64,000 bases of DNA from Prasinococcaceae sp. CCMP 1430 (taxonomy: Eukaryota > Plantae > Prasinodermophyta). Positions 24,317-33,000 of the stretch are shown here, one piece after another. A program made the translations under genes and the position numbers. The number at the start of each line of letters is the position of its first letter. The stretch's first letter is position 1. The stretch spans positions 241,483 through 305,482 of the forward strand of contig RQSC01000024.1 of the NCBI GenBank assembly GCA_013416795.1, written 5' to 3'. Under the pieces are notes generated by a model. The model did not search any database. It saw only the letters and a program-made list of their open reading frames with translations, and was not told where the DNA came from.

Positions 24317-25653
24317 GGCGACCCGCCGGGGGAAGGGGGTGGGGGCGCGGGCGCCGAGGGCAGCGCACTCCCCACCCGCTCCCGCGACCGACCCTCCCAC
24401 CACCACCCGACCACTCCCTTCTTCCCCTCCGAGCCCTCGCACCGCGCGCCGAGGGCGGCAGGGGTGGGGAGGGCGCGGACCCAGGCGCGGATGGGGGNCC
24501 GCATCCGCAAAAGTCTCCCCCCCCGCCAGGCTGGCCCGGCCGGGACCTCGCGGCTTCCGAGCGCGGCGCGCGCGGCCATCAAAACGCACCCGCGCGCGCG
24601 TATCTCCCCGCCGGCCCCCCTTCCATCCCGGCCGGACCGCGCGCCGCCTTTTGATACGCACGCGCGCGCGCGCGGCGGCCCGCGCGCGCGACACTCCCGA
24701 AATACGAACCGCGAAAACGGCCGGCCGGGGCCGGCCGCGCATCTCGCGCCCGTCTCGCGGAAAGTGCCAGGGGGATCCCCCCGGAATGAGGGGCGACACC
24801 CGATGCATTCCTCGAGGATGAGACCGGGTGAGAGCGTCGACAGACCGGGGTCGGACGCGCGGGGGAGTTCGCGGAAGCGCCCCGCGCGCCGCTCCGCGAA
24901 AAGCGCGCGGCGCCGCGCCGCGCCCGCGGGAGCCGGCCGGCCGGCCGTGCGCGAGAGAGAGATTTGTGCGGCCCCGGATTTTCGGTGCCGCGGGGAGGCC
25001 CCACGCCCACACGACGGATATATGTGCATCGGAAGGGGCGAGATACATCAGCGCTGCTTCGATTCGATCACGGGCGCGCGCGCGCGCGCGCGTTTCCCGG
25101 ATCCGAATCCGCGCACGCCACCGAGTCCCCTTTTCTTTCCCGGTACCCCGTCGTTTCGTGCGCGTCGTCCGCGTGCGCCCCCTTCCGCTCTTTCCCTTTC
25201 TTTGCCGTCTTTTTTCGCGCGCCCGTCTGTGGCCTCCGGCTGCGGTGTTTTGCCGCTCTTCCAACGCTTTTTCTTTTCGGGTGCGTGTGTGTGTTCGCCT
25301 GGGCGTTCCGCCGTTTCTTTCCTTTTTCGTTTGTGTTTTCCGGTGTGCATGTGTTTTTTTGTTGCGGAGTGGAAAAGGGGCGTTTTTTCCCGCGGCGTCG
25401 ATCGATCGATTCCACGTGGGGCGCGCGCGGGGCGCTTCCGGCCGCGCGCGGAACTATCCCGCGCCGCGAAAAGATCCTCGGGCGGCGGCCGCGCGGCGCC
25501 GTGGCGCGGCTGCGGCACGTGCGGCCTCGCCTGCGTTTCGATGGGGGATCGGACGGGACGCGCGCGCGCGCGCGCGCGCGCGCGGGGCCGCGGCCCCCCC
25601 AACCCAAACCCGACGCGCGGAGGCCAAAATTAAAAAACAAAAAAAACGGATCT

Positions 25654-25705
25654 GCAATTCCAATTCCAATCCCAATCCCAATCCCAATCCTCCAATCCGC
25701 AATCC
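25654..25705 (+). promoter_or_regulatory. Tandem CCAAT(C/T) hexamer array in the PRMT4/TH1 divergent intergenic region
   Basis: Six CCAAT pentamers counted by eye (starting 25660, 25666, 25672, 25678, 25684, 25692). Regulatory function is inferred only. Confidence 0.45.
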
Positions 25706-26010
25706 GCCGCCGTCGATGTGTTTTCTGTAGTGTTGCCCGTGCTGGTTGGGTGTGACCGTGACCACCACCACCCAACAAACAAACCAAAGTAAAAAGTTTT
25801 TTTTTTCGCGCGCGGCGCGGGCGCTTTGGTGCGCGCGCGGCCGCGGCCGGGGGCTGCGGGGTGGGGAGCCGCCTGCACCCTCTCTCCCACCACCACCACC
25901 ACCACCACCACGCGGACAGACAGACAGAAAAGCGCTCTCCGCTCCGCGCTGCTCTGCGCCGAAACCCGCGCACATGGAAATGCACAAAGAACCAATCCTC
26001 AGGAAGCTGA

Positions 26011-26280
26011 GAGCTGGTGACACACGATCTCATAGGTGTGCATTTGGCTTCAACTTTTCATGTGAGCTGGTGACACACGATCTCATAGGTGTGCATTTGG
26101 CTTCAACTTTTCATGTGAGCTGGTGACACACGATCTCATATGTGTGCATTTGGCTTCAACTTTAACTTTTCATGTGAGCTGGTGACACACGATCTCATAG
26201 GTGTGCATTTGGCTTCAACTTTTCATGTGAGCTGGTGACACACGATCTCATAGGTGTGCATTTGGCTTCAACTTTTCATT
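26011..26280. repeat. Tandem repeat, 53-bp unit, about 5 copies
   Basis: Unit GAGCTGGTGACACACGATCTCATAGGTGTGCATTTGGCTTCAACTTTTCATGT starts at 26011, 26064, 26117 (59 bp: one substitution plus a 6-bp internal duplication), 26176 and 26229. No spacers. Confidence 0.97.
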
Positions 26281-26287
26281 GGTCGAC

Positions 26288-27015
26288 ATGAACCATCAAG
26301 GCGTAGTTCTGCATGCGCCCCGCGTCCGGCGCCGCGCGTTCGCGCGACGTGGTATCGCGCTTCTGAGCGCGCCGCGTGCGACGTTCGAACGAGCGGAGCG
26401 AGCGAGCGAGCGAGCGCGCGGGCGCCCGGGCGCCGGCGCGGGTGGGTGGTGGGTGGGNNNNNNNNNNNNNNNNNNNNNNNNNNNNNNNNNNNNNNNNNNN
26501 NNNNNNNNNNNNNNNNNNNNNNNNNNNNNNNNNNNNNNNNNNNNNNNNNNNNNNNNNNNNNNNNNNNNNNNNNNNNGGCGCGCGGCGCGGCGGCGGGGTC
26601 CCGCGCCGCGTTCGAGGCCAGCCCGTACGCGACCGGCGCCGAAGGCGGCGGTGGCGTCGACGTCGCGCTCACGCCGTGCGCGCTCTACGTGCGCGCGCGA
26701 GACTCGGGCGGCGTTGGCGCGAGCATGCGGCCGTACGAGCGCAGGGTGGCGCTCGCGGCGGTGGGCGGCGTCGCGATCAGCCCACTCGAGGACGGCTTCA
26801 TCTGCGTGCGCGTCCCCGAGGAGACGACCGACGAGCTGCTGGTCGTCTCCGACAAGCGCGCATTCGCGCGCGCCCTCGCGGCGGCATCGGGGAGGCGCCT
26901 CCCGCTGGAGACGGCCGAGACCTTCGAGTACCGGCCTGCGCCGCGCGAGCGCGCGCAGGCGAGCTTCGCCGCCAACGGCGGCGGCGTCTGGGCTCGTTTG
27001 CGCGCCGTACCGTAG
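26288..27015 (+). CDS. Stand-alone myosin TH1 (tail homology 1) domain protein, plant-type; interrupted by an N-gap
   Basis: ALYV...ERRVALAAVGGVAISPLEDGFICVRVPEE.TDELLVVSDK...FEY....GGVWARL* resembles plant TH1-only proteins. The putative start MNHQG at 26288 and the 5' exon structure are uncertain. Confidence 0.7.
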
Positions 27016-27157
27016 CTGGCCGCGCGGGACGTGGACACTGTAATGTATGATGAATTGTACACGTACTGCGCGCGCGGGCAGAGCCGCCACCGCGGCAGTG
27101 CAAAGCGAGCGCATCTTGCTACACGCGAAGGGGGAAGGGGGGGGGGGGGCGCCGCGT

Positions 27158-29482
27158 TCAGCGCGGCTTGCGCCACGAAGATGAGCCTCTGGGCTTGGGC
27201 GCATCCTTCTTCGGCGCGCGATCGACGTCCCCAGGATGCTGCCAATGTGTCTTGGCACCGCTGCCGGTCGCTGCCCCGAAGCGATACTTGGCCTTGAGCG
27301 CATCGCACGCCTTCTGCGCCTCGGCGTCGCTGCGCATGTTGACGAACGCGTACGCCATGGCCTCTCCCGCGTGCGTCAACTTGTACTTCACAAGTACCCT
27401 CTCGACGACGCCAAAGCGCTCGAATTCCTGCGCGAGCGACTTCTGCGTGCTGCCGCTGGCAACGTTGCCAACCCACAAGTTCCTGGTAGCGATGAAGGCA
27501 TCCCCAGCAGTCCCTTCCGTCTGCATCGTCGAAGACTGGGGCGCCTCGCCACCCGCGCACGCACCAGCCTCGACACGGCGGCTCCGGTTGCCGTTGCTCG
27601 ACGACGCGCCAGAGCTTCCCGATCCCAAGCGCTTGAGCTGCCGAGCGACGTGCTGCGGCTTCTCCCGGTGCCGCCTGATGCCCACGCTCTCGTGCTCGAA
27701 GAAGCATTCGTAGCGCACAACCTCTCCCTCCAACACGCGCTGGCGCATCTCGAGGTCCGTCCACTCCACGAACTCGACGATCGCGAAAAACGTGTCGGGC
27801 GCGTGACGGTTCTCGCGCACGATCGTGCGGGAAACGGTGCCCCACGCAGCGAAGAAATCGGACACGTAGTCCTCGGCAGCTCGGTAGGACTCGGCGATCT
27901 CGCCCTTGCGACCTCCCCTGTCTTTGCCGCGGCGGCCATCGGAAACGTCGGCGAGAAACTGCTCCACGAATATCAGTGGGAGCGCCGGGATGTTGAGCTT
28001 TGGGCAGTTGTCGTCGCCAACGATGTAGCCATCCTCGTCAACCTCAAGGTTGTCCAGGCCAGCTGTCGCGAACTCACGCCTCGCGCTGCTGCCCTTAGCG
28101 GATGTGACCGCCGCCACGGGGCTGGCGCCCTCCGACTCCACTTCCTTCGCGGTGCCGTTTGCGACGGACCCAGCGAGTGGAGGCTGCGTCGGTTCGGGCG
28201 TTGGGGGGGAGGCGAGCTTATCGTCGCCGTGCACGCTCGTATCCACGCACTGGAGCTTCGAACCGAAGCCCGGCGGCGCATTCGGCGCCTCCGCCTCCGC
28301 ATGGTTGTGCGAACGTGCCTGCTGCTGCTGCTGCTGCTGGGCCTGCGGCTGCACTCTCATGCGCGAGGGTGTCACGCATTCACTGAGCCATGCTTGGTCA
28401 ATCGGGAGTACGGCGCGCGCCGACGGATACGCGTCCTGAAGCGCAACGACAGCCACCGCCCTGAAGGCCCTCGCACCGCGACGAGTGGACAAGGTGTCGA
28501 CTGCCAGTGCAACGTGTGTATCCGCCGCGTCCGCGTCGAGCTTGAGCGGGAACAAAAGCTGCAGTGCGCGCCGCCGCGCGTCGTAGCGCGGGACGGCGAG
28601 GCGCGGGTTGGCGAGCACCTCACGCTGCGCGCGGTGAACTGCCTCATCGAGGGCATGCTTGCGGCCCTGCGGCGCCAGCGCCGCCAGTGGCACGTTCGCC
28701 GCGCGCGCCGCGACGTCGAGAGCAGCGCCCGGCGCAAGGGCCGCAGGCCAAAAGCTCGGGTCGTAGTCGAGCGGGAGCGAGCGCACCGGCGGGCGATACA
28801 GGAGGTCGAGTGGGTCGTCGAAGAACGTGGCGCGCTCGGGCACTCGCACGAGAGCTTCTGTCGCGTTCCACGGAGACGCGGGGTCGCGCAGCTCCTCAGC
28901 GGTACAGAGGGCGTACATCTGCCACGGGCGCTGCGCCAGCGAAGACTGGCTGGAGCTGCTGTGCAGCACGGCATAGATGGGGTCCTCACTCGTGCGAGTG
29001 AGGAGAGACGTGCAGAAGCACGCCCATGTTGGCACGCCGTGCTCGTCGAACGATTGGAGCACCAAGCCCTGCGCCACCAGGCACACGAAGTGAAGGTCGA
29101 GATACTCGGCCAGAACGTCGGAGCTCTCGCTCCCTGCGATGCCCCACTGCTCTGCCTTGGCCATGCCCTCAAGCTGGTCCAGCAGGCTGGGGTCGACGTT
29201 CGCAAATGTGAAAAGGCCAGGGGCATCCGGACGCCAGCCTTGCAGCAGAAGGCCGGCGGTGTTCAGCTCGCTCCACATGCCGCGCTCGCCCATGAGCTGA
29301 TTTCCAGCAATCGCGGGCTCGCACCATCCCGGCTCTGGGCCAATCTCAGGGAAGAGCATCGGCAGCACCCCTTTGGAGACGGCGGTGCCCCGGCGCAATG
29401 ACTCGTGGCCGTTGGCGTGCGCGGTGCCGTTGGCCGCAGCGCATTGCTGGTGAAACTGGTGGTGGTGCACGACCATCGCCAT
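27158..29482 (-). CDS. DUF3825-like domain fused to two C-terminal RRM-type domains
   Basis: About 29230-28380: LEGMAKAEQW, VLAEYL, ACFCTSLLT, PIYA, PERATFFDDPLDLLY, LAVPRY, LQLLFPLKL, VALAV, AYPSAR..IDQAWL. Degenerate RRM at about 27960-27700; clear RRM at about 27500-27270 (RNP2 LWVGNV, RNP1 AYAFVNM). Intronless from ATG 29482. Confidence 0.75.
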   Translation of the reverse strand: MAMVVHHHQFHQQCAAANGTAHANGHESLRRGTAVSKGVLPMLFPEIGPEPGWCEPAIAGNQLMGERGMWSELNTAGLLLQGWRPDAPGLFTFANVDPSLLDQLEGMAKAEQWGIAGSESSDVLAEYLDLHFVCLVAQGLVLQSFDEHGVPTWACFCTSLLTRTSEDPIYAVLHSSSSQSSLAQRPWQMYALCTAEELRDPASPWNATEALVRVPERATFFDDPLDLLYRPPVRSLPLDYDPSFWPAALAPGAALDVAARAANVPLAALAPQGRKHALDEAVHRAQREVLANPRLAVPRYDARRRALQLLFPLKLDADAADTHVALAVDTLSTRRGARAFRAVAVVALQDAYPSARAVLPIDQAWLSECVTPSRMRVQPQAQQQQQQQARSHNHAEAEAPNAPPGFGSKLQCVDTSVHGDDKLASPPTPEPTQPPLAGSVANGTAKEVESEGASPVAAVTSAKGSSARREFATAGLDNLEVDEDGYIVGDDNCPKLNIPALPLIFVEQFLADVSDGRRGKDRGGRKGEIAESYRAAEDYVSDFFAAWGTVSRTIVRENRHAPDTFFAIVEFVEWTDLEMRQRVLEGEVVRYECFFEHESVGIRRHREKPQHVARQLKRLGSGSSGASSSNGNRSRRVEAGACAGGEAPQSSTMQTEGTAGDAFIATRNLWVGNVASGSTQKSLAQEFERFGVVERVLVKYKLTHAGEAMAYAFVNMRSDAEAQKACDALKAKYRFGAATGSGAKTHWQHPGDVDRAPKKDAPKPRGSSSWRKPR

Positions 29483-29908
29483 GTCCACCGCGGCGACGCA
29501 CCGGCCGGGCGAACGTGCGCCACGCAGCCAAGGGCCGCGCGTGCGCCAGCGACGCCACGAGGCGCGCCCTCGGCTCGGCGGTCGGCGCCCGCTCCGCGCG
29601 GCGGCGGCGCAGTGNNNNNNNNNNNNNNNNNNNNNNNNNNNNNNNNNNNNNNNNNNNNNNNNNNNNNNNNNNNNNNNNNNNNNNNNNNNNNNNNNNNNNN
29701 NNNNNNNNNNNNNNNNNNNNNNNNNNNNNNNNNNNNNNNNNNNNNNNNNNNNNNNNNNNNNNNNNNNNNNNNNNNNNNNNNNNNNNNNNNNNNNNNNNNN
29801 NNNNNNNNNNNNNNNNNNNNNNNNNNNNNNNNNNNNNNNNNNNNNNNNNNNNNNNNNNNNNNNNNNNNNNNNNNNNNNNNNNNNNNNNNNNNNNNNNNNN
29901 NNNNNNNN

Positions 29909-30060
29909 CATGCACACCGGCGACTTCCGGCTCGAGGCGCTCGGGGACGGCGATGCGCGCTCCGCGCTCCCCGAAGCCGTGACGCGTGCTCCCGTGGATG
30001 AGCTGTGGCTTGACGACACCTACCTGCGCTCAGGCGCAGAGTTCCCTGCGCGCGTGGTCG
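29909..30060 (+). pseudogene. Fragment of an SNM1/Artemis/Apollo (DCLRE1) beta-CASP metallo-beta-lactamase nuclease
   Basis: HTGDFR ... DELWLDDTY ... FP right after the N-gap. The beta-CASP domain that should follow is absent because the Sec16 ATG lies at 30082. It could be a true fragment or an assembly artefact. Confidence 0.6.
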
Positions 30061-30081
30061 TGCTCAAGGCGGGGGGCGGCG

Positions 30082-33000
30082 ATGGCTGCGTCGGGTGGCG
30101 GATCGGACGCGGCATCGGCCGGGGCATCGGCGAGCGACGCGACGGCGGCCATCGATCCTTCCGTCTCGGGCCTACTGACTGAGGTCGAGGCCGAGGCGCC
30201 CGCGCGCCACAGGGAGAGCGGCGCGGAGCCGGGTGCCGACGGAAGCGAGGGCTACGCTGCAGGCGCCGAGAGCGAAGGCGTCGAGGCAGGGGGCAGCAGC
30301 GGCAACGATGGGAGCACCGACGCCGATGAGTGGCTGGCAGAGAGTACGACGCCGCGGAGCGTGACCGCCACCCTGACCGAAGCTGAGGACTTCATCGCGA
30401 GCGGCCCCAGTGGGGACATCAGCGATCCAGTCGACGATGCCGACGCGACCGCGGGCGATCGTGGCGAGGACCCGATTCACAGTGAGCACGAGCGTGGCGA
30501 GGCTGGCGTTGGTGTCGAGGCAGACGCAGGGGGGACTACCGGCTGGGACACCGACGAAGTTGCGTGCGCCGACGTGCCACTCAAAGATGATGCAAGCGCG
30601 GCCCTTGATCCTGCCGCGGAAGGCTGCGTCGCGAGCGCCGCGACTGCCAACGGTCCGATGTTTGAAGGCGGTGCGAGCTCGCCGGAGGGGCAGCATCAGC
30701 CGCCTGCAGCGGAAGCCGAACCGGTGATCGCTGTCGCAGCTATGGCGGCAGGCCCAATGTTCGGTGCCCCACGCACCGGCAGCGGCGATGCATTCTTCGG
30801 CTCTCTCGGCGGCTGCGCGGACCCGTCGCCATCCGGACGAGCAGCGGGTGCCTCCGCCGTCGAAGCGCCCGCAGCTGCCCAGGTTCGAGCGGCAAGTACC
30901 ACCGCCCCGATCGCGTTCTCATCGTCGACGGATGATCTCGCTGGCACGGGCTCTTTCGATGCGCTTTTCGGAGGTGGCGCGACAGACCCGCAATACCAGC
31001 AGCAGCAGCAGCAACAGGAGCCAGGTGGTGGCCTGCCCCAGGATTGGATCGAGCAAATCGATCCCTCCTCGGGGTACCCCTACTACCTCAACACAGCTAC
31101 AGGCGAGTCGTCGTGGGAGGTGCCCTCTTTGCCGCAGACGCAACAGCAGTCCGAGATGAGCGCGGCGCAGCCAATCTCAGCGGGCGCACAACACGGGCAA
31201 ACGCAGGTGGAGACCACGGTCGCCGCCGACGAGAAAGCGCACCAGGCGCAGCAGCAAGAAGCCAGCGCGCCAGGTGCGGACGCTGCTGCAGGGCACCATG
31301 AAGGCCTCCCTGAGGGCTGGATTGAGCAAATTGACCCTTCGAGTGGGTACCCGTATTTTCTCAACACGATCACCGGCGAGAGCAGCTGGGAGAGGCCGAG
31401 TTCGACGCCACAGCTGGACGCGCAATCGTGCCCGCCCGTGATGTCGTCGGAGCTGGGCGCGCCTGACGACGGTGGCGCGTCATTCTTTGACAAAATTGGT
31501 GAGTCCACGGCCGCTTCGGAGCCTGCGCCTGCATCTCCCGCCCCGGAGCCCGCGCCTGCCCCGCCCGCCCCTACGGAGGAGTCCAATGGCGACGACGGTT
31601 CACTCTTTGAGGGTCTGCCACCGCCAGAGGAACCCTCTGCGACTTTGCAGTGCGCACCTGGCGCGGATGGCCAGGTTGCACTAGAATCGGCAGCCGAGGA
31701 GACACCAGCCGTGGCGGCCGTCGAGCCATCTACTGAGACAGCAGCTGCTGAGGCTCACGCCGTCGCCGGCACGCAGAGCGCCGCGCAGAGCTCCGAGGCA
31801 GATGGAACGAGCGCCGAGGACGTCACGTTTGCCGGCGCCGATGTGGATCAAGAGCAGAGTGCCGAGGCCGGCGAAGAGACGCCCGCTGCTTGTGCAGCCG
31901 ACTCTATCTCAGGCTCGGACGACCTTCCGGACGGGTGGACCGCGCAAACCGATCCGGCCACAGGGCACACATACTACCTGAACACCACAACGGGGGAATC
32001 CTCTTGGGAGCGACCTGCTCCAGCAGCTGGTCCAGTCGCTGCCACACCCGACGCTACTGCAACAGCTGCCACCGGTCATGTCGACAGCCTCGCATATCCG
32101 CATGTGGGGCAGCACGAGCAAGCGCATGCTCAGCAAGAGCATGCGTCAGCCAGCCATGCCGAAACTCATGGCGAGCTCCCGGACGGGTGGGTGTCGGCTG
32201 TGGATGAGTCGTCAGGATACACATACTACACAAACACACACACGGGCGAGTCTTCGTGGGAACCTCCGGTCGAGTCCCCAGCACCGATGGTGCCAGCGAT
32301 GCCAGCGGCGCCAGCGGCGCCGGAAGCGCCAGCGGCGCCGGAAGCGCCAGCGGCGCCGGCGGCACCAGCGCCGTTCACGCCCGTCAAACCCGCTGCCGAC
32401 GCTACGTCCGCGCCCTCACCCGTCGCCTTCACTCCTGTGATGCCTTCGCAGCAGCAAGCTGCGGCACCTGTTCCATTTGTTTCGGCGATGGCAGATGACG
32501 CCCAACTTCAGCGGTATTCAGCACAGCAACAGCAACAGCCATTTGCTCCCACCGCGTGGCAACCGCCCGGCTCGTCCGCTGGATTCGGATTTCCGCAGAC
32601 CTCGTCGCTTCAGCAGCAGCAACAGCCAAGGCAGCTTCCGCCGCCGCCCCGCACGCGCGACGAGGCGCTGCGGTGCCCGGCCGGACGGCCGCCGTGCCCC
32701 GCGGTGGCATTCGGATCGAATGGTCTCATGGTTGTGGCTGGTGCCGGTTCAGGAACCATCTCGGACTGTGGCATTGGATCTGTCGACATGTATCCCCTCG
32801 GGCCATTCCTCAAAGACGGCGGTGTGGATCCCGACTGCGAGTTCCTGGAGCATGCGGCGGCGGTCGGCCCAGCGCGCGGGGGAAGTTGCAACGATAAGTT
32901 TGCCGCCGTGGGCCAGGAGCTGGCGGCACACCGCGAGCAGCAGGACCAGGCGTCACTCTGGCGCTTCCTGGGGACATATGCGCGGCGCAAGGGTGACATG

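Noticed and set aside
26011-26280. 53-bp repeat as a CRISPR array
   Set aside because: Units are contiguous with no unique spacers, there are no cas genes, and the context is eukaryotic.
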